A model generated the notes under the pieces. The model was not told the DNA's origin. It saw only the letters and a program-made list of their open reading frames with translations, and ran no database searches. DNA of 63,668 nt, counting the filler. It is 8 parts of 8 records of this genome, joined end to end, with 100 filler letters (N's around TTAATTAATTAA, not from the genome) between each part and the next. Parts side by side here need not be neighbours in the genome. Positions count along the whole stretch, not along the records: positions 1 to 14,459 come from SRR20825010_3525; 7 more parts are not named here. One strand, written 5' to 3'. The position numbers were made by a program, and so were the translations under genes. Positions 1-10,033 of this stretch are shown here, piece by piece. The stretch's first letter is position 1. Every line of letters starts with the position of its first letter.

Positions 1-224
1 GAACAATGACTACATTGATTTCATTAAAATCACTTTACGGCACTCCAAATATCATGATTGGTATTATAGTCAACCTCCTTTTTGTCTATCTAGTGCTGAA
101 AACCAGCGGTTGGCTAGAGCGCAAGATCGGGAATGCGGGGTTCAACATCCTACGTAAGGTTTTTGGTATCATTTTGCTGTCCATTGCGATTAAAATCTTC
201 AAAACCCACCTACTTACGCTATGA
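1..224 (+). CDS. MarC family membrane protein, 5'-truncated
   Basis: C-terminal hydrophobic helices with 'GTMTTLISL...GFNILRKVFGIILLSIAIK', typical of MarC; runs off contig start. Confidence 0.75.
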   Translation, partial: TMTTLISLKSLYGTPNIMIGIIVNLLFVYLVLKTSGWLERKIGNAGFNILRKVFGIILLSIAIKIFKTHLLTL

Positions 225-679
225 TTAAGATTTACACGGACGGAGCGGCCAAAGGAAATCCCGGGCCAGGAGGATATGGAGCTATTTTGGATTATCAGGG
301 CAAAAGAAAGGAACTGTCAGAGGGATTTCGCCGAACAACCAACAATCGCATGGAATTATTAGCCGTCATCCGTGCTTTAGAAGCGATCAAAAAACCGGGA
401 TGGGAGGTCTTGATCTATTCCGATTCCAAATACGTGGTAGATGCGGTAGAAAAAGGTTGGCTGAAGGGATGGGTGGCCAAAAACTTCAAAGACAAAAAAA
501 ATGTAGATCTCTGGAAAAAATACCTCGACGTGGCTCAGCGCCAAAAGGTGCGATTCCAATGGGTAAAAGGTCACGCAGGGCATCCAGAGAACGAGCGTTG
601 CGATGAGCTGGCCGTTCAGGCTGCAGAGAGCTTCGATCTAAAAATCGATCAGGTTTTTGAAAATGAAAATCCCGGCTGA
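221..679 (+). CDS. rnhA: Ribonuclease HI
   Basis: YTDGAAKGNPGPGG, TTNNRMEL, DSKYV, WVKGHAGHPENERCD motifs. Confidence 0.97.
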   Translation: MIKIYTDGAAKGNPGPGGYGAILDYQGKRKELSEGFRRTTNNRMELLAVIRALEAIKKPGWEVLIYSDSKYVVDAVEKGWLKGWVAKNFKDKKNVDLWKKYLDVAQRQKVRFQWVKGHAGHPENERCDELAVQAAESFDLKIDQVFENENPG

Positions 680-1386
680 TGCCCAATAACTTTTTCCGGT
701 TCAAACAGTTTCTGATCAATCAGGGCGAAACGGCCATGAAGGTGACCACCGAGGGCTGTTTGTTTGGCGCAGTGATAGATTTACCCGAGAGCCCAAAACG
801 CATCCTTGATATCGGGACAGGTACCGGATTGTTGGCTTTGATGCTGGCACAGCGCTCTCCTGACTCCAATATAGATGCCGTAGAAATTGACATGGCGGCT
901 TACCAGCAAGCCAAATCGAATTTTGATCTAAGTTTCTGGAAAAACAGATTGACCGCACACCACAGCTCCATCCAGAATTTTGAGCCAAAAGAAAAATATG
1001 ATCTTATTGTTTCAAATCCACCTTTTTTTAAAGATTCATTGAAAGGAAAATCTGTTTCTGACAATCTTGCCAAACACGAACAGGGCTTAACTCAGCTAGA
1101 TTTGATAACGCATGTGGATCATTTGCTTTCGGAGGAGGGCATGTTCTGGGTGCTCTATCCGGAGCGAGAGGCAAAAGATTTTGAAGACTTATCTGCAGCC
1201 AAAGGACATTTTGTTAGGAAAAGGATTTTTGTTCATAATCACCCCACATCAGATGTCTTGAGGGTAGTTCAATGTTTCTCTAAAACACGAGGTAGCGTTC
1301 AGGAACGTATGCTGAGCATCAAAGAAAAAGATACCTATACAGCCGAATTCACGGCATTGTTGGCACCATTTTATTTGGATTTGTGA
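679..1386 (+). CDS. tRNA1(Val) adenine(37)-N6-methyltransferase (YfiC-like)
   Basis: FRFKQF N-terminus, LDIGTGTG SAM motif, NPPF catalytic motif. Confidence 0.9.
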   Translation: MPNNFFRFKQFLINQGETAMKVTTEGCLFGAVIDLPESPKRILDIGTGTGLLALMLAQRSPDSNIDAVEIDMAAYQQAKSNFDLSFWKNRLTAHHSSIQNFEPKEKYDLIVSNPPFFKDSLKGKSVSDNLAKHEQGLTQLDLITHVDHLLSEEGMFWVLYPEREAKDFEDLSAAKGHFVRKRIFVHNHPTSDVLRVVQCFSKTRGSVQERMLSIKEKDTYTAEFTALLAPFYLDL

Positions 1387-1393
1387 TTCGATT

Positions 1394-3214
1394 TTAGCTT
1401 TTACTTGCCACCCAATCCGATATCAATTCCTCCATAACATTGAGCGGAACAGCGCCGTTGGTTAATACCACCTCATGAAATTCGCGGATGTCAAATTTTT
1501 CTCCGAGTTTATTTTTTGCCATTTCTCTGAGTTCCAAAATTTTCATCATCCCTATTTTATATGCTGTGGCCTGTGATGCCATTATAATGTGTCGCTCAAC
1601 CATGCGCTCACATTCGCGGTAGCTACCGGATGTATTGGTTTGATAGTAAGCGATTCCCTCTTCTCGTGTCCATTTTTTCAGGTGGATCCCCGTGTCTACG
1701 ACCAAACGACAAGCTCTCCACAATTCCATTGCCAATCGTCCGTAGTTGGCATACGGGTTTGTATACATTCCGATTTCCATGGGAAGGTATTCGCTATATA
1801 GACCCCAGCCTTCTACGCTAGCCGTGTAGCTGCCGAACTTCCTGAATTTCGGAATGTCAGTCAGCTCCTGAGCGATGGTCCGATCCATGTGGTGGCCGGG
1901 GATTCCCTCGTGGTAAGCGAGAGGCTCCATTTCGTACTTGGGCATGTTCCGAGTGCTGCTCAAGTTGGCATAGTAGGTTCCAGGTCGAGAACCATCTGGA
2001 GCAGGACGTTGGTAAAAGGCTTTCCCTGCAGAGTTTTCTCGAAAAGCTTCTACTCTTTTTACCACAATATCCGCCTTGGGTTTGGTGATAAACAATTCAT
2101 CCAACCGGCCTCTCATGTTGTCAATAAGAATGGTTGCACTATCCAGATAAGCCTGTTTACCTTCTTCAGTGTTAGGAAAATAGAACTGATCGTCTTCTTT
2201 GAGGAAGGTGAAAAAATCCTGAAGGTTGCCTTCGAAACCTACCTGATTCATAATTGCTTGTATTTCGGAATGAATCCGGGCTACCTCGCTTAATCCGATT
2301 TCATGAATCTCTTCTGCAGTGAGATTGGTAGTTGTTGTTCGGGCCAAAGCATTGCTGTAAAAGTCATCTCCGTTGGGGAATTTCCAGACACCATCCTCAT
2401 CCGTAGCTCGCGTTTCCTGATCTTTCACTACCACCATAAGTTTTTCGTAAGCGGGTTTCATGCTAGTCAAAAGGGCTTTTTTGGCCTCTTCTATGAACCA
2501 CATTTTTGTTTCATCTGTAAGGTCGAGTTTTGCAATTTTATCCTGAAAATCTGCGAGTAGTGTGCCTGGTTCGCCTGATTCAAAGGGCTCACCTTTTAAA
2601 ATGTTCTCGCAATCGGCCAACACGCGTGGGAAGACAAATTTGGGGGCTAGAATGCCTTTTTCTTCTCGGATTCTCAGGTTTTCAATTCCCTGATCAAAAT
2701 ATGCCGAAATTCCATTTAACCGGGAGATATAGGCCGCAGCATCCGATGAATCGGTGATTTGGTGGATGTTGATTAAAAAGGCTGGAATGGATGATTGCAT
2801 TCCGCGCATTTGATTGATCGGATAATTGTGAAAACGCCATTTAAAGTCGGCGATTCGGTTTTCTGCCTTCTCCTTAAACAACTTATAGGAAATTTGGGTT
2901 TGCCTGTTAAGTTGTTCCGGGTTGATGGAATCTATCACATACTGCAATTCTGCTTTAGTGATTTCAAGTTCCATTTGAGCATTTTCATCCGAGATGTCGT
3001 CCCATTCGCCATAGTCCTTCTTGATCCCCTGATAGCTTTGGCTCATGGGAGACCGGTCGATCGACGCATCATAACTTTTATCAAAGAAGGCATTGGCTTT
3101 AGAGGAGGCCTCTTCGATTTCTTCTGAACTGAATTTTTTGCTCGTTTCGGTGCAGCCAAAGAGTCCAATGAAAAAGACGAGGGTAGCGGATATTCTTAGC
3201 GTATATGTATTCAT
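1394..3214 (-). CDS. DUF885 family lipoprotein (metallopeptidase-like)
   Basis: Lipobox LFGC; HEGIPGHH, EGWGLYSE, RACRLVVDTGIH, QATAYKIG motifs. Confidence 0.9.
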   Translation of the reverse strand: MNTYTLRISATLVFFIGLFGCTETSKKFSSEEIEEASSKANAFFDKSYDASIDRSPMSQSYQGIKKDYGEWDDISDENAQMELEITKAELQYVIDSINPEQLNRQTQISYKLFKEKAENRIADFKWRFHNYPINQMRGMQSSIPAFLINIHQITDSSDAAAYISRLNGISAYFDQGIENLRIREEKGILAPKFVFPRVLADCENILKGEPFESGEPGTLLADFQDKIAKLDLTDETKMWFIEEAKKALLTSMKPAYEKLMVVVKDQETRATDEDGVWKFPNGDDFYSNALARTTTTNLTAEEIHEIGLSEVARIHSEIQAIMNQVGFEGNLQDFFTFLKEDDQFYFPNTEEGKQAYLDSATILIDNMRGRLDELFITKPKADIVVKRVEAFRENSAGKAFYQRPAPDGSRPGTYYANLSSTRNMPKYEMEPLAYHEGIPGHHMDRTIAQELTDIPKFRKFGSYTASVEGWGLYSEYLPMEIGMYTNPYANYGRLAMELWRACRLVVDTGIHLKKWTREEGIAYYQTNTSGSYRECERMVERHIIMASQATAYKIGMMKILELREMAKNKLGEKFDIREFHEVVLTNGAVPLNVMEELISDWVASKS

Positions 3215-3314
3215 ATCTGGTTAATTTGTTGATTTAAAATTAACCTTTTTGCGAGCTTCTTCGGCTGATTCTATACGGGTGGATGCTCAGAGATTTGAGC
3301 AGCAAATATATTTT

Positions 3315-4637
3315 TTAAACTTCCCTTTCGTCAAACTCAAAGCCCATTTCATTGAGTTCATCAAGCACCGGATTGTAGATTTCGGGCACAGTAGGAATGT
3401 GTACGCCAGACAAGTTTACCTTTCCTTGAAGAATAAGTTTTGCCATAATTCCCAGTGGTAAACCTACTGTTTTGGACATGGCAGTGTGGGTTGGATCATC
3501 GCCAACAGCCACCATGCTCGATTGGATTTCTCGTCGCTTTCCTTTGTCTGTAAACACAAATTTGTGCCACATGATGATCATGTCTTTGTCCTCTGGCAAA
3601 AGCGTCCATTTTTTCTTGAGAATGTGTTCCAAAATCTGGGCAGGGCTTCCTTCTTTCAGACCGACGGGCGTTTCCTCAAAAACATCCAGGTTTTTAAGCT
3701 TATACATTTCGTCCGACTCCATACTTAGGTTCATGTAATGAGCCATTTTTAGTTCCACCGAATCGTCAGGATTGTAGGAAAGAAAGGAATTAAAAAACTG
3801 GCGGTGGGTCATGGATTCCACATTTTCCATCTTGTAACTATCGTCAGTGGCCCCAAGCTGCACAAATATGTTCCAGGCTTTACAAAATCCCGGTCTTCGT
3901 AAGGTGCCCCGATACAAGGTCTTTATTCCGCGGAGTTTATATACATCCAAATATTTCAGGGAGTCGCGATTGGCGTAACCTTCGAAATACCCATGCCCAG
4001 GGATATGGATAACCTCCGTTCTCCTAAACAACCGGTGATAAGGGATGTACTTAAAGCGACCTTCTTGCAGAAACTTTACATTGCCCTGGCCTGCCAAAAC
4101 CACATTTCGTGGATTCCAGGTGAATTTATATTCCCAGGGATTATCGGATTCCTTATTTTCCGCCAGCAATCCCCCGGTAAAGGTTTCAAACGAAGTGAGT
4201 TCATGCCCTTCTTCTTTGATCCGATCAAGCACCTTCATGGCCGACATGTGGTCAATCCCAGGATCCAATCCCAATTCCATTACGCAGAGTGCATTCTTCG
4301 ATTCAAAAACGGAATGTAAGGCTTTAATCTCATCGGGGAGATAGGAGGCCGTGAGCATGTTTTTCCCAAATTCAGCACAGATGTGAGCCACCTTCGGATG
4401 CAAAGAGGCGGGCAACATGCTGATGACCAAATCCGCCTCAGAAATTTTTCTTCTGGCGGCTTCAGTCTCTTCTATATCGAATGAAATAACATTTGCTTCA
4501 GGAAATTTTTTCCTTGCTGCTTCCACATCAATTTCCGCGATGGTCAAACCCCAGTTTTCATTTTGGCTATGAGAAATAAGGTAGTTGATTAAGGATGTGG
4601 CGGAGCGACCTGCTCCCAGAATCAGGATGTTTTTCAT
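3315..4637 (-). CDS. Saccharopine dehydrogenase family protein
   Basis: GAGRSA Rossmann motif, ELGLDPGIDHMSA, YKFTWNP, TAMSKTVGLP. Confidence 0.93.
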   Translation of the reverse strand: MKNILILGAGRSATSLINYLISHSQNENWGLTIAEIDVEAARKKFPEANVISFDIEETEAARRKISEADLVISMLPASLHPKVAHICAEFGKNMLTASYLPDEIKALHSVFESKNALCVMELGLDPGIDHMSAMKVLDRIKEEGHELTSFETFTGGLLAENKESDNPWEYKFTWNPRNVVLAGQGNVKFLQEGRFKYIPYHRLFRRTEVIHIPGHGYFEGYANRDSLKYLDVYKLRGIKTLYRGTLRRPGFCKAWNIFVQLGATDDSYKMENVESMTHRQFFNSFLSYNPDDSVELKMAHYMNLSMESDEMYKLKNLDVFEETPVGLKEGSPAQILEHILKKKWTLLPEDKDMIIMWHKFVFTDKGKRREIQSSMVAVGDDPTHTAMSKTVGLPLGIMAKLILQGKVNLSGVHIPTVPEIYNPVLDELNEMGFEFDEREV

Positions 4638-4664
4638 GTGGGGTGTTTAGTAAGTGATAGTGAG

Positions 4665-5423
4665 TTAGTTGTTTGTTCTGTGCACCATAGTGGCGCTTGC
4701 CTGTGCTCCGGCCAGCACGAGCATGTCGGCCAAATTTACATGCGAAGGTCGGGATAAGACAAAATCGATGACTTCAGCAATGTCCTCCGCTCTGAGCGGT
4801 TCCATTCCCTCATACACTTTTGCCGCTTTCGAGTCATCGCCTTTGAAGCGGACATTGGAAAATTCGGTATTTACCAGGCCAGGTTTTATTTCGGATACTT
4901 TTATGTTGTGCTCGATCAGATCTTGACGCATCCCTTTAGTAAGTCCGTCAACGGCATATTTGGATGCATTGTACACGTTTCCATTTTTGTAAGATTCGAT
5001 CCCAGCCACGGAACCAATGTTAATAATATGGCCAGACTTTCGTTGAACCATTCCCGGTGTGATTGCTTTGGTGACATAAAGCAAACCCTTGAGGTTAATG
5101 TCGATCATTGCTTCCCAGTCATCAATATTTCCTTCATGAATGGGGGACATGCCGTGCGCATTTCCGGCGTTATTGATCAGGATGTCAATGGTTTTCCATT
5201 CCGATGGTAAAGATTCTATCGAATCAAATACTTCGGTTTTGATGGTGGCATCAAAGCAAAGTGTATGGATTTCGGTGTTTTTTGAAAGAGAATGTTGAAG
5301 TCCGTCAAGCCTTTCATTTCGCCTTCCACACAAGATCAATCGATAATCACCCTTCGCCAGAATTTCAGCTGTGGCCTTCCCTATACCGCTAGTCGCACCT
5401 GTGATCAGAACCGTTTTTTTCAT
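4665..5423 (-). CDS. SDR oxidoreductase (YdfG-like)
   Basis: TGATSGIG, NNAG, YNASK motifs. Confidence 0.92.
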   Translation of the reverse strand: MKKTVLITGATSGIGKATAEILAKGDYRLILCGRRNERLDGLQHSLSKNTEIHTLCFDATIKTEVFDSIESLPSEWKTIDILINNAGNAHGMSPIHEGNIDDWEAMIDINLKGLLYVTKAITPGMVQRKSGHIINIGSVAGIESYKNGNVYNASKYAVDGLTKGMRQDLIEHNIKVSEIKPGLVNTEFSNVRFKGDDSKAAKVYEGMEPLRAEDIAEVIDFVLSRPSHVNLADMLVLAGAQASATMVHRTNN

Positions 5424-5470
5424 CTGTTTTTGGTTGGTCAGATTTTAATCCTAAAGATAGGCAGATCGGG

Positions 5471-6268
5471 CTAGTCGGTTTTTCTCTTGATCGATTTTTT
5501 CTTTTTTCGGAGGTATTTTATGTAGGATGGGCCTCCTTCAAAGGTGATATAGAAGGCAAAGTTTTCAAATGCAAGGTGCTTAAATGGCTCGCTATAGGGC
5601 CCTCCCGAATTGGGAAGCATGTCCCTGAGTCCCCAGGTGTATCGAATCTCCGGTGAAAATTTGAATAGTGGGAAATAGAGATCAAAGCCGATCCCCGAAT
5701 CCACGGAAACGTTGAAGTTTTTGAGCTTAATGTTGTTTTCCGTGTCAAAGTTGTCTCCACGGCCTGCTACTTCAAGCGCGGTGTTGATTCCCCCCACGGC
5801 ATACATAGCCACATTCCCTCGCCGTGCAGATTTATATTTCAATAAAATAGGAAGTTCGACGGTGGTCGCATCCTTAACTTCTTCAATTTGGGTGCCGTCC
5901 GTAAACCGATAGGTGAGTTTGTAGTCGTAAAAGGCCACTGTTGGCAACAGCCTAAGATCCAGATATCTGGGAACCAAACGCATATTAACCACAAACCCTA
6001 CGCGCCATCCAGCTCTATGGCTGGGGATAACAGAATGAAGCGAATCAAATTTAGGAGTGGTGTATACATCCGCATATTTGATTTTGTATTTCGAATCATG
6101 CAGACCCATGTGGAAACCGTAGTGAATCCACTCGTTATCATAATCCACCAAATTGTCCGTATTGTAATTTTGCGAGTAAACGGGGTTTACACACAAAGCC
6201 AAAAGAACAACAAGGACTACTTGATACCTACATAAATGGAGCTTATGCCAAAGGTTTGTGGTTTGCAT
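5471..6268 (-). CDS. porT: PorT/SprT type IX secretion outer-membrane beta-barrel protein
   Basis: HYGF, DLRLLPTVAF, ELPILLKYKS, GFDLYFPLFKFSPEIRY; lies directly downstream of menG/ubiE as in other Bacteroidota; start uncertain. Confidence 0.8.
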   Translation of the reverse strand: MQTTNLWHKLHLCRYQVVLVVLLALCVNPVYSQNYNTDNLVDYDNEWIHYGFHMGLHDSKYKIKYADVYTTPKFDSLHSVIPSHRAGWRVGFVVNMRLVPRYLDLRLLPTVAFYDYKLTYRFTDGTQIEEVKDATTVELPILLKYKSARRGNVAMYAVGGINTALEVAGRGDNFDTENNIKLKNFNVSVDSGIGFDLYFPLFKFSPEIRYTWGLRDMLPNSGGPYSEPFKHLAFENFAFYITFEGGPSYIKYLRKKKKSIKRKTD

Positions 6269-6939
6269 TGGGTGTTTTTAAAACCAATCTTCTCTAAAAT
6301 AGCTAAAAAAGCCTGACCATCGGGAAATTGCTGAACTGATTCCGGGAGGTAGGTGTATGCCGAATTGTCGTGGGAAACGACGCTTCCTATTTTCGGTAGA
6401 ATCCACTTAAAATAAAGTTGATACAATTGCTTAAAAGGGAAGATTCGTGGTTTCGAAAATTCCAGTATCACTACTTTGCCACTCGGCTTCAGCACGCGAT
6501 ACATATCGGCCAATCCCTTTTCCAGATTTTCAAAATTCCGCACACCAAATGCAACGATCACGGCATCAAACTTATTGTCGGGAAACAACAATCCTTCTGA
6601 ATCACCTTTTTGAAGTTCGATGAGATGATCGAGCCTCTTCTTCTTCATTTTCTCTATACCTACATCGAGCATGCCCTGAGAAATATCTACGCCAGTTACC
6701 TTTTCCGGCTTCAACGCAAGCGCCTCAATAGCAAAATCACCCGTACCAGTGGCTATGTCCAGTATTTGCTTTGGTTGGTCGGCTTTCAGCAATCGGATGG
6801 CTTTTTTGCGCCAAAGGATATCAATCCCCAGACTTAAAAAGTGGTTTAGGAAATCATAATTGCCACTTATGTTATCAAACATCGTGGCAACCTGCTCTTT
6901 CTTCGAGCCCTGCTTATCTTTGTACGGTACTACGGTCAT
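6217..6939 (-). CDS. ubiE: Demethylmenaquinone methyltransferase UbiE/MenG
   Basis: MFDNIS..YDFLN, LDIATGTGD, FGVRNF, AYTYLPESV; start moved to ATG at 6939 (MTVVPYK). Confidence 0.95.
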   Translation of the reverse strand: MTVVPYKDKQGSKKEQVATMFDNISGNYDFLNHFLSLGIDILWRKKAIRLLKADQPKQILDIATGTGDFAIEALALKPEKVTGVDISQGMLDVGIEKMKKKRLDHLIELQKGDSEGLLFPDNKFDAVIVAFGVRNFENLEKGLADMYRVLKPSGKVVILEFSKPRIFPFKQLYQLYFKWILPKIGSVVSHDNSAYTYLPESVQQFPDGQAFLAILEKIGFKNTQCKPQTFGISSIYVGIK

Positions 6940-6998
6940 AATCGAGTGCAATATTAAAGCTTTAACCCCGTGTTTATCTCCATTGTTATAAATTATTG

Positions 6999-7616
6999 AT
7001 GAAGCCAATCAAATCAGCTGAATTTACCAAAAGTAGTAGTCAGATTTCTGAATGCCCGGTCACAGACCTTCCTGAGTATGCCTTTATTGGTAGATCAAAT
7101 GTGGGCAAATCATCCTTGATCAACCTGCTTACCAATCATGGTAAGCTCGCTAAAGTGTCCTCAAAGCCAGGAAAAACCAAACTAATCAATCATTTCTTAA
7201 TTGATGAAACCTGGTTTCTTGTCGATTTGCCCGGATATGGCTGGGCTAAAGTGAGCAAGACGGAGAAGGCCAAATGGAAGGTAATGATTGGCGAATACTT
7301 CGAAACTCGGGAAAACCTTGCATGTGTATTCGTATTGATCGACTCAAGAATAGACCCACAGAAGAATGATTTGGAGTTTTTGAATCACCTGGGCGTTTTG
7401 GGCTTGCCCATTAGTTTGATTTTTACAAAAACGGACAAACAGAAGCACAATAAAACCGCAAGCAGTATTGCGAAATTTAAGCGTGCGTTGAAAACACAAT
7501 GGGAAGAATTGCCGGTTTGTTTTGAAACATCTACGGTTACAGGGGCTGGCAAGGATGAAATCATCGAATTTATCCGATCAGTCAACGATGAAATAAAAAC
7601 CAATAAGCCGGGGTGA
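6999..7616 (+). CDS. engB: Ribosome biogenesis GTPase YihA/EngB
   Basis: GRSNVGKSSLIN, PGKT, DLPGYG, TKTDK motifs. Confidence 0.96.
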   Translation: MKPIKSAEFTKSSSQISECPVTDLPEYAFIGRSNVGKSSLINLLTNHGKLAKVSSKPGKTKLINHFLIDETWFLVDLPGYGWAKVSKTEKAKWKVMIGEYFETRENLACVFVLIDSRIDPQKNDLEFLNHLGVLGLPISLIFTKTDKQKHNKTASSIAKFKRALKTQWEELPVCFETSTVTGAGKDEIIEFIRSVNDEIKTNKPG

Positions 7617-7633
7617 TACTATTTCATACTTTT

Positions 7634-7641
7634 TACTTTTG
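7634..7641 (+). promoter_or_regulatory. Bacteroidota -7 promoter box (TAnnTTTG)
   Basis: TACTTTTG 23 nt upstream of the DUF5606 start. Confidence 0.5.
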
Positions 7642-7664
7642 CTCCTCATTTACAAAGCATCGAT

Positions 7665-8099
7665 ATGAATTTTAATGAAATAGCATCTCTTTCAGGAAAA
7701 GGCGGCTTGTTCAAAATTGTGTCCCCAACACGATCAGGCGTTATTCTTGAGGCGATGGACGGAACCAAGAAAAAAGTTGTGGCTTCTGTGCAAAACAAAG
7801 TTTCTGTGTTGTCGGATATTTCGATTTACACTACGGACGAGGAAGGGGCTACTCCGCTGAAAGAAGTGATGAAAAAAATTCATCAGGAATTTAATGGAGA
7901 CACTGATCTAACCGCGGCTTCCGAAGGTGAGGAATTGAAGGCGTTCCTAAAGTTCATCTTGCCGAATTACGATGAGTCCAGAGTCTACGTTTCTGATATT
8001 AAGAAAGTCGTGACCTGGTACAACCTACTGGCCTCAACCTGTCCAGAAGTTTTTGAGGATAAGGAAGAGGTAAAAGAAGACAAAAAAAAAGAAGCCTAA
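7665..8099 (+). CDS. DUF5606 family protein
   Basis: SLSGKGGLFK, LSDISIYT, LPNYDESRVYVSDIKKVVTWYNLL; conserved Bacteroidota protein. Confidence 0.8.
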   Translation: MNFNEIASLSGKGGLFKIVSPTRSGVILEAMDGTKKKVVASVQNKVSVLSDISIYTTDEEGATPLKEVMKKIHQEFNGDTDLTAASEGEELKAFLKFILPNYDESRVYVSDIKKVVTWYNLLASTCPEVFEDKEEVKEDKKKEA

Positions 8100-8540
8100 A
8101 TGGCAGCTTTCCAAAATCAATTTCAAGTGATTTGGGCAGATTTGGATCCAAACGCCCACATGCGCCACACCGCATACAATGATTATGCTGCGCAGGTTCG
8201 GGTGAGCTTGTTTGATAAAATGGAATTGCCTTTAAATGAATTAGTGGCCTCTGGCTTTGGCCCAGTCTTGTTTCACGAGGATACTTCTTTCTTCAAGGAA
8301 GTCTTTATGAACGAAAAAATAACGGTGGATTGTGCTGCTCTGGGATATCGGGAGGATATGAAAATCTGGAAGTTTATCCAGAATGTTTACAAAGAAAACG
8401 GCGAGCTGGCCTGCACCATCATCGCCACAGGTGCCTTCATGGATTTACGCCTCAGAAAAGTGGTGGTACCACCTAGACACATCATTGCTATGCTGGATCG
8501 TATCCCACAAGCAGAAGGCTTTCATATTTTTGAAAAATAA
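8100..8540 (+). CDS. Acyl-CoA thioesterase (hotdog fold)
   Basis: WADLDPNAHMRHTAY motif of 4HBT-like thioesterases. Confidence 0.88.
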   Translation: MAAFQNQFQVIWADLDPNAHMRHTAYNDYAAQVRVSLFDKMELPLNELVASGFGPVLFHEDTSFFKEVFMNEKITVDCAALGYREDMKIWKFIQNVYKENGELACTIIATGAFMDLRLRKVVVPPRHIIAMLDRIPQAEGFHIFEK

Positions 8541-8548
8541 TTTCCCTG

Positions 8549-8860
8549 TTGGATTCAAACGATATAGGAGTGAGTTGCTATCAGCTCATCAGGCAAAACT
8601 TCAGTCTGGAGAGGGAATTAAACAACGAAGAGGACTCCTTTAAGCAGATTCACCAGTTACTTCTCCCGGAAATAAAACGACTTCTGGATCAAGATTTCAA
8701 TGCTTTATTAAATATCCTCTATCGGATCGATCTCCAGGAAACTCAGGTTACAAGTATACTGGAATTGGCAGAGCCGAGCGAAATTGCAAGCCATCTCACC
8801 ACGGCCATCATTGAACGCTACAAACAAAAGGTCACCACGCGAAACAGGTACAAGACTTGA
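8549..8860 (+). CDS. Conserved hypothetical Bacteroidota protein
   Basis: LLDQDFNALLNILYRIDL..R..QKV.TR pattern; operonic spacing; TTG start uncertain. Confidence 0.65.
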   Translation: MDSNDIGVSCYQLIRQNFSLERELNNEEDSFKQIHQLLLPEIKRLLDQDFNALLNILYRIDLQETQVTSILELAEPSEIASHLTTAIIERYKQKVTTRNRYKT

Positions 8861-8891
8861 GTTAGTGAATAAACATCTTCGCTATGTTGCG

Positions 8892-8921
8892 TTGTTTTTC
8901 AAAAACTCTTATCTATATTTG
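8892..8921 (+). promoter_or_regulatory. Bacteroidota housekeeping promoter TTG-N19-TATATTTG with no downstream plus-strand CDS
   Basis: TTG 8892-8894 and TATATTTG 8914-8921. Confidence 0.55.
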
Positions 8922-8937
8922 CCTCAGCGGTGAATTG

Positions 8938-8977
8938 GCCCTGCATTCTAGCGATAGATTGTGGGGCTTTTCTTTTT
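8938..8977 (+). terminator. Intrinsic terminator hairpin with GNRA loop
   Basis: GCCCTGCATTCTA-GCGA-TAGATTGTGGGGC followed by TTTTCTTTTT. Confidence 0.7.
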
Positions 8978-9969
8978 CAAGAATTGCCCACAAATTCCAA
9001 TGCCTTCTCAACCATATTTTTTGATCCTATGTAAAGTGGCGATCGTTGATGAAATGAATCCGGCTGGATTTCGAGAATTCTGTTTGTGCCATCCGTAGCA
9101 ACACCACCGGCTTGTTCTGCGATGAAGGCTAATGAATTGCATTCGTAGAGCAAACGTAATTTTCCTTTTGGCGCTTTGGCAGTAGGTGGGTAGATGTAGA
9201 TTCCGCCTTTCAGCATATTTCTGTGAAAATCAGCTACAAGAGAGCCAATGTAGCGAGCAGTCAATGATTGGTCTTTACACCAACCAATGTACGACTTAAA
9301 TTCGTCGCTAAATTCATTCCAGCTTCCTTCATTTACAGAGTAAATCTTTCCATCTTCTGGATAGCGCATGTTTTGGTGAGAAAGCACAAACTCACCAAGT
9401 GATGGTTCCAATGTGAATCCATTCACTCCATGGCCAGTGGTGTAAACTAAAATTGTGGATGAGCCATAGAGGACATAGCCTGCTGCCACTTGGTCTGAAC
9501 CCGGCTGCAGTAAATCTTCATCTTTTATTTCTGTTCCCAATGGGGACTTTCGCCGATAGATAGAAAAAATGGAGCCAATGGAAACATTCACGTCAATATT
9601 GGACGATCCGTCGAGCGGATCCATGCACACCACATATTTGCCCATATTGTTCAATTTAATCACTTCTTCGTCTTCCTCACTCACGATCGCACATACCTGA
9701 CCGCCATTATGGAGTGCACGTGTGAAACGGATATTAGCTACAACATCTAGTTTTTGTTGATCCTCACCTTGTACGTTTTTTGTACCATAAGCACCGGAGA
9801 TTTCCAGCAATCCAGATTTGTTTACTTCTCGATTGATGATTTTCCCAGCCAGACCAATGTCCCTGAGTAGTTGAGATAATTCGCCTGTGGCAAAATCAAA
9901 TTCATCCTGTTTTCTTTTAATGAATCGATCCAGCGTGGTTCCGATAGGTAATCCCAGATTGTTTTCCAT
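8977..9969 (-). CDS. fbp: Class 1 fructose-1,6-bisphosphatase
   Basis: [35 protein letters not shown]. Confidence 0.97.
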   Translation of the reverse strand: MENNLGLPIGTTLDRFIKRKQDEFDFATGELSQLLRDIGLAGKIINREVNKSGLLEISGAYGTKNVQGEDQQKLDVVANIRFTRALHNGGQVCAIVSEEDEEVIKLNNMGKYVVCMDPLDGSSNIDVNVSIGSIFSIYRRKSPLGTEIKDEDLLQPGSDQVAAGYVLYGSSTILVYTTGHGVNGFTLEPSLGEFVLSHQNMRYPEDGKIYSVNEGSWNEFSDEFKSYIGWCKDQSLTARYIGSLVADFHRNMLKGGIYIYPPTAKAPKGKLRLLYECNSLAFIAEQAGGVATDGTNRILEIQPDSFHQRSPLYIGSKNMVEKALEFVGNS

Positions 9970-10033
9970 GTTTCTCTAATTAAAATATAAGGTTAGCGGC
10001 ACGAATAAATTAAAATTTCCTTAATTAGCCGTC

